64,000 bases of DNA, from the NCBI GenBank assembly GCA_023252235.1, contig JAHEXH010000002.1:6031-70030 (forward strand), in the 5' to 3' direction. Below are positions 28,818-39,225 of this stretch, piece by piece. Position numbers and translations under genes: made by a program. The DNA comes from Nitrosotalea sp. Lineage in GTDB: Archaea > Thermoproteota > Nitrososphaeria > Nitrososphaerales > Nitrosopumilaceae. The notes beneath the pieces were generated by a model. The model was not told where the DNA came from, did no database searches, and saw only the letters and a program-made list of their open reading frames with translations. The stretch's first letter is position 1. Each line of letters starts with the position of its first letter.

Positions 28818-30061
28818 TGTATGTTTTCACCAAGAATGACGTGTGCTGCAATTTCAACCTTTTTTCTAAATTGTTGTCTAGTATAGACCCTAAGTGTATC
28901 CATAAAGCCAGAGATTGCAGCAACCAGTGGAATTTCAGATATTGGAAGTTCATAGGACTCCTTTGGGCCTTCTCCCTTCTTTGTAGTAAGAATGATAGAA
29001 TGCGATTCTTTTTTTGATGGAGAAAGTGGGATAGAAGGGGTTTTTGATATATCGATAAAGACTTCGCACTCGTCTACCTTTGATTTCTTGGCAATCTCTT
29101 TTTGAAGTTCTTTTACATTTACTTTGCCCATTCGTGGACGTGTGAAGATCTTTTCATAGACACACTTGAGCAACCTTCGCTCTTGATATTCTACTGCAAG
29201 TTGTTTTGCTCTTCGAAGATCTGTATTTCGTGGTGTGAGTGAGACAAGTTTTGAAATTACAAATTCATCAGTAAGTTGGATATATTTTTGCAGGTTATCA
29301 GTTGTAAGATCAAGTTCATCATCTGCAAGCAACATTGATTCAAGCAACATTACTTCTGCAGATCTTACTGTCTTGTGAAAATAGACTGCCTTGAACATTT
29401 GATATCTTGAGATCATCATTGATTCAAAAGAGTAAAGGGCTGATCTGTCAAGTGAAAGTTTTTTGTTGTGAACATCAAGCGAATGAATTATTCTCATGAA
29501 ATCGACTTTAGCGTGCTCTGAACCTGTAAAGTAACCGTCACGAAGTAGATAGTCCATCATATCAGCACTCAGTCCGCCAGAAATTATTTCATTCATGAAT
29601 TGGTATTTGGAATTTCCAAATGCAAGTGTTGCAAGAAATTTTTTGTCAAATCCAGATTTTGTTATGATGTCACCAATTTCGGATTCTAGTATAAGTCTCT
29701 GTCCCATATCTTCATGAGAAATTTTCTTCTTTTTTTGAAGAACCTCTTCGAAGAGATGTGAGAATGGACCATGGCCAATGTCATGCAATAGCGCAGCCAT
29801 TCGAACATTTTCAGCATCTTTGGAATCAAGATATCCTTTCTCTTTGAGAACATTGGCTGCTTGACTTGCAATGTGCATGGTTCCTAGTGAATGCTCAAAT
29901 CTTGAGTGCTGAGCACCAGGATATACAAGATGAGCTCCTGCAAGTTGTCTTATTCTTCGTAGTCTTTGAAATACTGGAGAATCTACCAGTCCAAGTTCAT
30001 GTGGATAGATTGTAATAAAATCATGAATCGGATCAACTATCTGGAGATATTTTCTAGCCAT
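28814..30061 (-). CDS. HD-domain phosphohydrolase, SAMHD1/dNTPase-like
   Basis: [41 protein letters not shown]. Confidence 0.92.
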   Translation of the reverse strand: MARKYLQIVDPIHDFITIYPHELGLVDSPVFQRLRRIRQLAGAHLVYPGAQHSRFEHSLGTMHIASQAANVLKEKGYLDSKDAENVRMAALLHDIGHGPFSHLFEEVLQKKKKISHEDMGQRLILESEIGDIITKSGFDKKFLATLAFGNSKYQFMNEIISGGLSADMMDYLLRDGYFTGSEHAKVDFMRIIHSLDVHNKKLSLDRSALYSFESMMISRYQMFKAVYFHKTVRSAEVMLLESMLLADDELDLTTDNLQKYIQLTDEFVISKLVSLTPRNTDLRRAKQLAVEYQERRLLKCVYEKIFTRPRMGKVNVKELQKEIAKKSKVDECEVFIDISKTPSIPLSPSKKESHSIILTTKKGEGPKESYELPISEIPLVAAISGFMDTLRVYTRQQFRKKVEIAAHVILGENIQ

Positions 30062-30065
30062 ATCC

Positions 30066-30644
30066 TCATTTGATGTGTTTTAGTACAGTCTTTCTTACTT
30101 CTTGGTGAACCTGATCTTTACTTTGTGATGCATTTACAATGTGCCAGCCATATTTTTTTGCCAATTTTCTGTAGGTGTTGGCAATCTTGAGTGCAAATGT
30201 TTTATCTTTTTCAAATTTATCACGTCTTTGTTTTTTTCTAGAAAATGAATCTGAGACCTTTACATCAAGCAAGACAACCATGTCTTCTTTTGGGAGACCC
30301 TTGTCGAGATTTTCAAGCCACTTCAAGTCAAGTCCATTTACTGTTCCATATACTAGGTTTGATTGATAATAACGATTCATAATAACAACATAATTTTTTG
30401 AAAGAGCTTCTTCGATATCTTTTGATCTCTCCCATCTATTTGCAGCAAGAAGACAATGTATTACTTGTGGAGGAAACTTTCGCTTTCCACTAAGAAAGTT
30501 TTTGATCTCTTTGCCAACGGGAGTAGTATAGTCTGGAAAACTAAATGTTACAGATTTCTTGTGTATGGTTTTCAAAAAATCTCCCAATAGTTTTGATTGG
30601 GTTTTTTTTCCGGCTTGGTCAAAGCCTTCTATAACTATGATCAT
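30066..30644 (-). CDS. tmk: Thymidylate kinase
   Basis: IEGFDQAGKKTQ, FPDY, MNRY..SNLVYG. Confidence 0.94.
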   Translation of the reverse strand: MIIVIEGFDQAGKKTQSKLLGDFLKTIHKKSVTFSFPDYTTPVGKEIKNFLSGKRKFPPQVIHCLLAANRWERSKDIEEALSKNYVVIMNRYYQSNLVYGTVNGLDLKWLENLDKGLPKEDMVVLLDVKVSDSFSRKKQRRDKFEKDKTFALKIANTYRKLAKKYGWHIVNASQSKDQVHQEVRKTVLKHIK

Positions 30645-30725
30645 TAAATCCTATTAAATTGGGCAGTAGATAAATTATGAATTTGACTAAGGTTTAATAA
30701 TCAAAAAAGGGCTAAATGATACTAA

Positions 30726-31109
30726 ATGGGCTTTGGTTACTACATGGCAAAAGAAGTCATGAGAGAAATAGGCAACAAATCACGCGAGTTCTACGAATTC
30801 ATCTTGCCTCCTGTAGACATGATTCTACAAAATGACAAACTCATAGTAACAATAGACATGCCAGGCTTTGATAAGAAAGAGATCAAGCTTAAACTAAATG
30901 GCAACATCCTCTCAATCAATGCAAAAAGAGAAGACGAGGTAGAGGGCACAATCATCTGGAGACAAAGACCTCGTTTAATTGACAAGAAAGTAAGACTTCC
31001 AATCGAGGTAAAAGATGATGAAGATCTGGGTGCATCTGCAAAATATCATGATGGCGTACTTACTTTAACCATACCAGTAAAGACTGGAAAAAATATCACA
31101 ATAGAATAG
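30726..31109 (+). CDS. Small heat-shock protein (Hsp20/alpha-crystallin)
   Basis: IDMPGFDKKEI, AKYHDGVLTLTIP, C-terminal ITIE. Confidence 0.93.
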   Translation: MGFGYYMAKEVMREIGNKSREFYEFILPPVDMILQNDKLIVTIDMPGFDKKEIKLKLNGNILSINAKREDEVEGTIIWRQRPRLIDKKVRLPIEVKDDEDLGASAKYHDGVLTLTIPVKTGKNITIE

Positions 31110-32621
31110 TCAACGTTCTCTTAACAGAATAGAAATTCCCATAATTATAACAGAACCAATCATTCCAATTTCTCCAACTAGATAATTTGTTGAATATAAA
31201 ATTGCAGATCCAACAAATATTGCTGCAGATAGAATACTGCCAGAAAGTAGAACGGTTCTGGATTTTGGCATATTTGCTTGCATGTTTTTATTTTGTTCCA
31301 AGAATTGTCTAATTTCTGGAACTATAGCAATTGCAGCGTCTATTGCTTTTATAAATTTGTTAAATGAGATCTTGAGTTCTTCAACGTATGCATCTCTTAC
31401 AATATTTTCTTCTTGAAGAATATTTTGTAGCACATTGATGAATCTAAAGTTGACTTTATGTGTAAGATACACTCCTTCAAGTATTGATGCCATTCTCATG
31501 TAAAGTGCAAGATGCTTTGGAAGCTTGAAAGGAAATCTGCTCATTGTCTTGTTTGCAAGATCCATTAGTGCCCTGACTTCCATTCTGTCCACTTTGGTTC
31601 CATGAAAAGACTGAATTGAAAGTGCAATTCCTTTTTCTATAATATTTCTGTCAAATCCCGGCATAAGCATACCAAGATCATCCATTGCAGTAACAGTTCT
31701 TGCAGGTTCTCTTTCAATTAGTGCAAGGTATAATCGGATTAATTTCAGACGGGTTTTGCTATCTAGTCTTCCAACCATGCCAAAATCATAAAGTATCAGC
31801 GAACCATCATTTGCAACAGCTATATTTCCAGGATGTGGATCTGCATGAAACAAGTCATGCCTCAATAGCATCGTAAAAAACACCTTATGTGCTCTCACTA
31901 CAAGCTGTTCCCTATCAATTCCTGCCTCATCGAGGGCCTTTACGTTTGTTATTTTTATGCCAGGAAGATACTCCATGGTGAGGATATTTTGGCTTGATCT
32001 GTCATCTATTACAGACGGGATTATCAGTTTGGGATAGCTTTCCATGTTTTTCTTTATTTCTTTGAGATTTTGAGATTCAATTCTATAGTCCATTTCTTCA
32101 TGGATTGTCTCGATAAATTGTGAAAGCATCGCTTCTGCAGAATATCTCAGATTTGGATCAACAAACTTCATTGCAAACGGAATAATTTTTTTAAGAACAT
32201 GAATATCCTCCTCAACTACTTTTTCAATTCCTGGCCTTTTGACTTTGATTATAACATCTTTGCCTCGCAACTTTGCTTTGTAGACTTGGCCAAGTGATGC
32301 ACCAGAAATCACGTTAGTGTCAACAAAATCAAAATTCTGATCCATGGGTCCCAGATCTTTTTCTATGATAGGTTTTACTTTATCAAATGATTCGGCAGGA
32401 ACTTCATCTTGGAGCTTTGCAAGCTCTTCAAGATATGGTTGTGGCAAAATGTCTGCTCTAGATGACAACCACTGACCTAATTTTATGTAGACAGGACCAA
32501 GTGATATGAATGTCTTGAGAGCTTTTCTTGCATTTTTTTGGTATCTTCTAAGATCAACATTTTTTCCTTGTTTTCTTACCCATTCTCTTCTATCTTTTCT
32601 TAAAGCAAATACAACTGGCAT
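31110..32621 (-). CDS. ABC1/UbiB/AarF atypical kinase
   Basis: LGPVYIKLGQ, ASLGQVY, VKRPG, HADPHPGN, DFGMVG. Start may lie further upstream (see findings). Confidence 0.94.
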   Translation of the reverse strand: MPVVFALRKDRREWVRKQGKNVDLRRYQKNARKALKTFISLGPVYIKLGQWLSSRADILPQPYLEELAKLQDEVPAESFDKVKPIIEKDLGPMDQNFDFVDTNVISGASLGQVYKAKLRGKDVIIKVKRPGIEKVVEEDIHVLKKIIPFAMKFVDPNLRYSAEAMLSQFIETIHEEMDYRIESQNLKEIKKNMESYPKLIIPSVIDDRSSQNILTMEYLPGIKITNVKALDEAGIDREQLVVRAHKVFFTMLLRHDLFHADPHPGNIAVANDGSLILYDFGMVGRLDSKTRLKLIRLYLALIEREPARTVTAMDDLGMLMPGFDRNIIEKGIALSIQSFHGTKVDRMEVRALMDLANKTMSRFPFKLPKHLALYMRMASILEGVYLTHKVNFRFINVLQNILQEENIVRDAYVEELKISFNKFIKAIDAAIAIVPEIRQFLEQNKNMQANMPKSRTVLLSGSILSAAIFVGSAILYSTNYLVGEIGMIGSVIIMGISILLRER

Positions 32622-32672
32622 GAGTTTGAGAAAGGTTTGAATTGTATGAAATTTTGAAATTGTAATTCCCTC

Positions 32673-33065
32673 CTAGAATTCTTTCAGTTTTTTTATGAAG
32701 GAATAACTTGCGTATCCGGTTATTGCAGATGCAACAAGTCCTGCTAAAACAGATGTACTTTTTGAGAGAGGCATGTTTTTTTGTAATTTGTAAATACTTG
32801 AGGCAACTTTTTTTCCAGCAATTATTCCGCTTGCAACACCGATTAAAATCTCAGGGGCATCATGTACAAGATGACCTAGTGGATCTTGTCGTGGATCAAC
32901 TTTATCCATGTGAACAAGATACTTGTTGTCATACTCTCGAATGTGTAGATTCCCATAGCGATATTGTTTTTTTGCACCATTTTTTTGACCCAAGACTGTT
33001 TCTTCTGCTTCGTTAGGCATAAAATGGCGAACTTCTTTTGGGATTTCAATTTCATCCCAGATCAT
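32673..33065 (-). CDS. Hypothetical protein with C-terminal hydrophobic helices
   Basis: QYRYGNLHIREY..HMDKVDPRQDPLGHL; co-oriented with neighbours. Confidence 0.7.
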   Translation of the reverse strand: MIWDEIEIPKEVRHFMPNEAEETVLGQKNGAKKQYRYGNLHIREYDNKYLVHMDKVDPRQDPLGHLVHDAPEILIGVASGIIAGKKVASSIYKLQKNMPLSKSTSVLAGLVASAITGYASYSFIKKLKEF

Positions 33066-33098
33066 ATCTAAAAAAATGTCTTTCGAGTAAATATACCC

Positions 33099-34754
33099 TT
33101 AGCTTGATTCTTGTATTTTCTTTTCTAATGCAATCTTTTTCTTTCTTACCTTAAACACAATTCCACTAATTCCTGCTGCAATTGCTACAAGAATTATTAT
33201 CTGAAGTTGGTTAAAGTTAGAACTATCACTTGACTGGGCCTTTAGAGTTCCAAAAGATACGGTTTCAACTTCAGTAATAGTATGTTCTTGCAATAAGGTG
33301 TCTTTCCAAGTCAATGTTATCTGTACTCTTTGATCACCTACTGGTGATGTACCAGAATTTATCGGTATGTTAAATGGAACTGGTGCATCTGTATCTATAT
33401 CACCAATATACTGAGATGATCTCTTGAAGATTGGATTGTCTAGTGGAATTACGGTTACTTGACCAAATTGTGCCTTGACGTTTCCTTGATTGAGAACATT
33501 TCCTATTATCATTTTCTTGCCAGCAATTTCTGATACTCCAATATCATGAACTGAGATATCAATCACTCCTCGAATATAGGTTGCAAAATTCTGTTTTTCA
33601 ATCACAGTAGAGCCTTCCTTTGAATATTGAATATTAACATCATAGTTGACTGCTTGACCTTCAATGCTTTTGTCTGCAAATACTGGAATTATAAGATTAG
33701 TTTTCTCAAGTGGATTAATTTCTCTTATGAACCACTTGTTGTCTTGAAGTATTTTTAGATTGTTTGAGTTGGGTATAATCGAGATAGAAATGTCAGAGAT
33801 CTTTGAGGGAGATATATTTTCAATTCCCAAAGTCAAATTTTGCATTACAGCAGTCAAAAGATAAGGCGGAGAAGATAGATGTATAATTGAAGTAGAGCTT
33901 GCAGGACCTACGATAAAGTCGACAGTTCTTGTTGTTGTAACTTGGTTTCCTTGGCCATCAAAGTATGTTACTGTAAACGGCGCATGAATTGTCTGACCTG
34001 CCACACTTTGTGGAATAAATGACTTGATCGAAAAAGTATTCGATGAGCCAGGTTGTACAGTTCCTACTTTCCAGTGATTTTGATCTAGTACAATTCCCTG
34101 TAAATTATTGGTATCAGTTGTAGTACCAGTATTTTGCGATCTTTGGATAACAACATCTACATCATTTAGAGGTGCAGTACCAGAGTCTGAGATTTGTATA
34201 GTTACGTCATTATTTGAAGCAGGTTTTAGGAATGGATTGTCTGCCTTGAGATTGACTACACTTTTTCCTGTTACCTTAAAGTTAAAGTCAAGAAATGTTG
34301 AACGCTCTCCATTTTCTCGTACTCTGGAGTAGGTAATCTTGACTGTTCCAGAATAATCATGAATGTTTATGGTTTTGTCTATATTTACAAAGAAGGTGAG
34401 CGCAAAGGATTGTCCAGTAGTAGCTGTCTGAGTATTATCAGCTTGTATTAGTCCATTACTTGAGGTGGCTCCAGAAAATCCAGCTGGTAAGCTAAGTAGT
34501 CCTCGGATTCCAGATATATCTTGGGCACCAGTATTTGCTAATACAATTGTAAGTGGAACATTTTTGTCGCCAGGCTCGACTTCAATTTTTTTTCCAGAAG
34601 TTCCAAAGTATGCATCAAGGAATTTGACATCAACAAAGTCATGTTCAAATGGCGATACTTTTGGTGTCAGTATCTCACCAGATGTAGCATAACTTGGAAT
34701 AATAATTTGTCCTGCTAATAATAAAACTGCTAATACAATGGTTTTGTAGATCAA
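33099..34754 (-). CDS. COG1361-type S-layer/Ig-like secreted accessory protein of a MacB-type transporter
   Basis: Signal peptide, repeated beta-sandwich units (LANTG, NQGN), C-terminal TM; overlaps the ABC ATPase gene. Confidence 0.75.
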   Translation of the reverse strand: MIYKTIVLAVLLLAGQIIIPSYATSGEILTPKVSPFEHDFVDVKFLDAYFGTSGKKIEVEPGDKNVPLTIVLANTGAQDISGIRGLLSLPAGFSGATSSNGLIQADNTQTATTGQSFALTFFVNIDKTINIHDYSGTVKITYSRVRENGERSTFLDFNFKVTGKSVVNLKADNPFLKPASNNDVTIQISDSGTAPLNDVDVVIQRSQNTGTTTDTNNLQGIVLDQNHWKVGTVQPGSSNTFSIKSFIPQSVAGQTIHAPFTVTYFDGQGNQVTTTRTVDFIVGPASSTSIIHLSSPPYLLTAVMQNLTLGIENISPSKISDISISIIPNSNNLKILQDNKWFIREINPLEKTNLIIPVFADKSIEGQAVNYDVNIQYSKEGSTVIEKQNFATYIRGVIDISVHDIGVSEIAGKKMIIGNVLNQGNVKAQFGQVTVIPLDNPIFKRSSQYIGDIDTDAPVPFNIPINSGTSPVGDQRVQITLTWKDTLLQEHTITEVETVSFGTLKAQSSDSSNFNQLQIIILVAIAAGISGIVFKVRKKKIALEKKIQESS

Positions 34755-35449
34755 GTCAAACTTGTCTCCATCTCTTCTTTGACAATTCTACCGTCTTTTA
34801 TTGTTACCACTTTATCTACTTCGCCAAATTGATGACGGTCATGAGTTACAATAATAAAAGTCTGGTATAACTTGCGATTCAATGATTTGAGTAATTGTAT
34901 AGTGGTCTCAGCAGATACTGAATCCAAGTTTCCTGTTGGTTCATCTGCCAAAACAATAGCTGGTTTGTTTACAAGAGCTCTTGTGATTGCTACTCTTTGA
35001 GCTTGTCCACCAGATATTTGATTTCCAAATTTATGCAGTTGACTTTCTAGTCCTACTGTTTTGAGTAACGTTTTTGCTTCTTCTGCAGCATTTTGTGTTG
35101 TACCTTGAATCTTTCTTGGCAGGGTTACATTTTCAAGAACAGTGAGATCTGATAAGAGATTTGAAAATTGGAATATGAATCCAAGTTTTGAATTTCTAAA
35201 TGAAGAAAGCTGATTATCATTAAGTGCAGATGTATCAACGCCATCAATTATCACTTTGCCTCGGGTTGGTCTATCAAGTAATCCAATCATGTTAAGTAGA
35301 GTAGATTTTCCAGAACCAGAGCTTCCAACAATTAGCATGAATTCTCCGCGTTTTACACTAAATGATAAATTTCGCAGGGCATATACTTCAGTCTCTCCTT
35401 GGCCATACACCTTATCGACATTTTTTACTTCCAAGACGTAATCAGCCAA
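34751..35449 (-). CDS. LolD/MacB-type ABC ATP-binding protein
   Basis: GSSGSGKST, ISGGQAQRV, LADEPTGNLD, VTHD. Confidence 0.95.
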   Translation of the reverse strand: MADYVLEVKNVDKVYGQGETEVYALRNLSFSVKRGEFMLIVGSSGSGKSTLLNMIGLLDRPTRGKVIIDGVDTSALNDNQLSSFRNSKLGFIFQFSNLLSDLTVLENVTLPRKIQGTTQNAAEEAKTLLKTVGLESQLHKFGNQISGGQAQRVAITRALVNKPAIVLADEPTGNLDSVSAETTIQLLKSLNRKLYQTFIIVTHDRHQFGEVDKVVTIKDGRIVKEEMETSLT

Positions 35450-36635
35450 CTCTCATAGCCTCCACTGGTTCTAGCCTTGTAGCCTTGTATGCGGGATAAA
35501 TTGATGCAATTACAGCAAGCACAAATGCCATGATATCTGTCTGGATTATACTTGTCCAGTTGTACTTGACCTCCAAGGGTAGGCTTCCCTGAAATGTCAT
35601 ATGAGTCTCTTTTGCATATGCAGTATATGTAACGCCCATTACAGTTCCAAGTCCTGCACCTATTGCACCAATTACCATTCCTTGAAATATGAAAACTAGC
35701 AGCACGTCTTTTCTTTTTGACCCAATTGCTCTCATTACACCAATATCACGTGTCTTGCTTGTTACCTGCATCATTTGTATAGTAACAACTGCAAATGCTG
35801 ATGACATCATTCCAAAATATCCAACTAGATTGATTAGTGCAATGCCTGATCTAAAACCACGAAGCGTAGTCTCTGCTGATTCCTCTATTGTCTCTACTTT
35901 GAATTTATCAGCATTTGATGGAAATGCGCTGAGAAATAGATCCTTTACATCTTTATCCTTTGTTGGATCATTTAGTCTAACAAGAATTGATTGTGTCTGA
36001 TGCGGTCTATCTAAAATTTCACGTAGTGTATCAATGTTCATTATAATACTATTGTCAAGACCCACTGATCCGGCAGTTGAAGTGATTCCAACGATAGTAA
36101 GTCTTCGAAGAACATCGTTACCATGTTGGTCTTTAAATTTTAGTTTTACAGTATCACCTACTTGTGGATATCCAAGATCTCTGTCTACAATTGCACCCAA
36201 CACAACTGAATTTCTAAATGAAACATACTGGCCATCTCCAACAGTTTGATACATTGTAGAAGCCTGTTTATCCAAAACTGGATCAACGCCAATTACAGGT
36301 ACTGAATAATCTCGGATTAGCTTACCATTTACTGTTGCATTAACTGAAGCAGAAGTATCAACCCTGGGAGCTGCTGCCTCAACGTAAGGAATTCTTTGAA
36401 GCCAGTTTACCAACATAAAGTCAGATTTTGTAATAAAATTCTCTTGCCTTGTGATATAGACATGCCCAAATCGATAGTTTACCTGATCACGAACTATTGC
36501 GTCATACAATCCTTGAAAGATAACAGAATTTACTTGAACTACAAGTATGGCAATTGCAACGGCCAGACTTGCTGCAATAAGACTACCTTTGCGCCTAGTG
36601 ATGAACCTAATGCCTATTTGGGCTCTGTAATCCAA
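35442..36635 (-). CDS. LolE/MacB/FtsX-type ABC permease
   Basis: RDIGVMRAIG, IYPAYKATRLEPVEAMR. Confidence 0.93.
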   Translation of the reverse strand: MDYRAQIGIRFITRRKGSLIAASLAVAIAILVVQVNSVIFQGLYDAIVRDQVNYRFGHVYITRQENFITKSDFMLVNWLQRIPYVEAAAPRVDTSASVNATVNGKLIRDYSVPVIGVDPVLDKQASTMYQTVGDGQYVSFRNSVVLGAIVDRDLGYPQVGDTVKLKFKDQHGNDVLRRLTIVGITSTAGSVGLDNSIIMNIDTLREILDRPHQTQSILVRLNDPTKDKDVKDLFLSAFPSNADKFKVETIEESAETTLRGFRSGIALINLVGYFGMMSSAFAVVTIQMMQVTSKTRDIGVMRAIGSKRKDVLLVFIFQGMVIGAIGAGLGTVMGVTYTAYAKETHMTFQGSLPLEVKYNWTSIIQTDIMAFVLAVIASIYPAYKATRLEPVEAMRVG

Positions 36636-36752
36636 TAGACGATCATAATTAGTCTGATATTTAATGTTTTATTGTGTTAAAACCACTATATCAGACATTA
36701 ATATATACAAGATGTTTATTTTGATATAATTAGTGAGGACATACTATAAGGA

Positions 36753-37658
36753 ATGGACAAATTAGATATACAAATTCTCTCACATTTGCTCAATAATTGC
36801 AGAAAGCCAGATCGTCAGATAAGCAACGAGATTGGTATCTCAGGTGTTGCTGTAAAATCAAGAATACAGAAAATGATTAAAAATAAAATAATTGAAGAGT
36901 TTGCTTTAAAAATTGAACCGCCTGTCTTGGGGTATAGTGTTTTGTATTTTGTAGTAGTTGGAAAAGAGATGGATCATATTTTAAATCAAATAAGATTAGT
37001 TGGAGAACCATTTTATGTTGTTCCGTGTGTTGGGGGCATTACTGTTTGTAGTATTGTAGTAAAAGAAGATCCTGCAAAGAAAATGGAACTTGCACAAAAT
37101 TTGTTACGTAATGTTAGAGTCCTTAGTATATTTGAAGCAAAAAATCCAGAGATAAGATCAGATTTAACAAAAACTGATATCGAGGTAATAGACATTTTAC
37201 TAAAAGATCCAAGATTAAGGATAGAAGAGATTGCAAAAAAGTCTGGCTTTTCAACAAAGACCATAGCTCGTTCACTTGAAAAATTACAAAATGATGAAGC
37301 AATACAGTTTACGTTAATATACAATCCAAAAAACATGGGTGAGTTTATTCCATTTGTAATTTTGGTCGGAGTAAAAGGAGATATCAAGAAGACACTTTCA
37401 AGACTTACCAAGGTATTTTCAGAATCATTTTTGCAAAAACCCTTTGTACATATGAACCAGATTGTTTTATTCATGTATACAGATAATGTATACAAGATGG
37501 ACGATCTTGCTCAGAAGGTACATGAAATTGAAGATATACAATCAGTTGATCTTTTCATGCCAAAGACCATAACATTCCCACAAAAATGGGCAAGAGATGC
37601 AATTGTAGAGGCAAAGAAATCAAAGAAATTACATTTGATGCCTGAGATACATTCATAA
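36753..37658 (+). CDS. Lrp/AsnC-family regulator with tandem HTH domains
   Basis: MDKLDIQILSHL.. and LTKTDIEVIDILLKDPR.. HTH units; divergent from the ABC operon. Confidence 0.88.
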   Translation: MDKLDIQILSHLLNNCRKPDRQISNEIGISGVAVKSRIQKMIKNKIIEEFALKIEPPVLGYSVLYFVVVGKEMDHILNQIRLVGEPFYVVPCVGGITVCSIVVKEDPAKKMELAQNLLRNVRVLSIFEAKNPEIRSDLTKTDIEVIDILLKDPRLRIEEIAKKSGFSTKTIARSLEKLQNDEAIQFTLIYNPKNMGEFIPFVILVGVKGDIKKTLSRLTKVFSESFLQKPFVHMNQIVLFMYTDNVYKMDDLAQKVHEIEDIQSVDLFMPKTITFPQKWARDAIVEAKKSKKLHLMPEIHS

Positions 37659-37682
37659 CATATTATTTTGTAATTTTATCAA

Positions 37683-38195
37683 ATGAGGAAGAATGTCTTC
37701 AAAGGCAGAGTTCTCTCACTGAGTCTTTACACTTTATCCATTAACAAACGCAAAGTTACACGAGAAATAATAGAGCACCCAGGTGCTGCAGCAGTACTTG
37801 CCATCGAGGATGGTAAATTATTGCTTGTAAGGCAGCATAGATTTCCACATGGATATGTACTTGAAATTCCTGCAGGAACATTAGAAAAGGGAGAAAAGCC
37901 ACTAAAGTGTGCCTACAGAGAGCTTCGTGAGGAGACAGGACACACTGCAAAAAAGATGACTCCTTTGATCAAGTACTATCCTTCAATTGGATACAATACA
38001 GAAATCATCCATTGCTATGTAGCATCAGGCATAAAGAAAGTAGGCAATTTGCAGCTTGACCACGATGAGATAATGTCTGTTGTCAAAGTTGATTTCAAGA
38101 AAGTAATCAAGATGATAATGTCTGGAAAAATTACAGATTCAAAGACAATATGTGCTGTCTTGACTTATGCAATAAAGAAAAAATATCAAGTATAG
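37683..38195 (+). CDS. NUDIX hydrolase, ADP-ribose pyrophosphatase-like
   Basis: EIPAGTLEKGEKPLKCAYRELREETG; ITDSKTI. Confidence 0.93.
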   Translation: MRKNVFKGRVLSLSLYTLSINKRKVTREIIEHPGAAAVLAIEDGKLLLVRQHRFPHGYVLEIPAGTLEKGEKPLKCAYRELREETGHTAKKMTPLIKYYPSIGYNTEIIHCYVASGIKKVGNLQLDHDEIMSVVKVDFKKVIKMIMSGKITDSKTICAVLTYAIKKKYQV

Positions 38196-39163
38196 ACTGG
38201 CTTTACCAAGTCTGCAACATCTGCCCAACATCTTGATAACTTTTCAAAGGTAAATACAAGGTTTATCAATTGTACTGATCCCTGCTTTTTTGGATCAAGT
38301 GATGAACCAGCATTTGATATTTTTTTCTGATAATTTCTATGAAGAGTAATTGCTTCAATTGCAAGTTTTCTATTATTTTCAATAAATGAGGTAATTGATT
38401 TTTCATGAACATTTTCTATTTCGGTTGCAACGCCATAGAGCTTTTTCATATCTGCATTTGATATTGGCAACTCTGAGATGAAATGAGCAAGCTCAATAAT
38501 TGTATCACCTGCAGTCTCAAGCAGGTTTGCAGCTACTCTATAATCCAAGATATCTATATTGCCAAGATTTAGTGCAGTAGCAAGTTTCTTGTCAACCATT
38601 GCACTTCGAATCAATCTTACAAGCAAGAAATATTGTCTATCGATTTCATCATCTCTACTTGGCATTGTCTGTAATACCGACTTGTCATTGGATGTAAGAC
38701 AAGATATTGTATCACGAAACATTCCAAGAACAATTGAGCTCATTCTCTTGAGTATTTTATCTGGACTCAGTGTTGTTGCATCTAACAGAAATTGTACATT
38801 GACATTTGATGCATCCTCTTCGACTATTTCCATTCCAACTAGTCTACGCATCAGTCCCCTGATCTTTTCTCTGTCTTCTACGGATATAGTTGATTTTCCT
38901 TTTATTTTTATTATATCAAAACCAAGCAGATACGCACCTGTAACATATGCACTAATGTTTTCTTGTTTTGAGACAGGATATTCTATTATCACTTCATTTG
39001 GAGGCCTGCTACCACCAGTTGGAGTAATTGAGATGCTGTTGGTACCAGTTTCAATCTCGACCTCATCACTTTTTTCAAGTTTGTTTGCCTGAACCCACTC
39101 TATTGGAAGAGATACCAAGATGCTGCTTCCTATTCTTTGTAGGCGTCGAATGAATTTAGTCAA
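38186..39163 (-). CDS. Archaeal PhoU-like regulator with AbrB-type N-terminal domain
   Basis: RRLQRIGSSILVSLPIEW, AYLLGFD, RDDEIDRQYFL. Confidence 0.9.
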   Translation of the reverse strand: MTKFIRRLQRIGSSILVSLPIEWVQANKLEKSDEVEIETGTNSISITPTGGSRPPNEVIIEYPVSKQENISAYVTGAYLLGFDIIKIKGKSTISVEDREKIRGLMRRLVGMEIVEEDASNVNVQFLLDATTLSPDKILKRMSSIVLGMFRDTISCLTSNDKSVLQTMPSRDDEIDRQYFLLVRLIRSAMVDKKLATALNLGNIDILDYRVAANLLETAGDTIIELAHFISELPISNADMKKLYGVATEIENVHEKSITSFIENNRKLAIEAITLHRNYQKKISNAGSSLDPKKQGSVQLINLVFTFEKLSRCWADVADLVKPVYT

Positions 39164-39225
39164 TTTATACTAATTTATATTATTTAATGATCATTTTTAT
39201 ATTTTTTCACTAGTTTAAGCTAGTT

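Noticed and set aside
28814-30061. Anti-phage dGTPase defence system
   Set aside because: Embedded between essential tmk and pyrH with no defence-island context.
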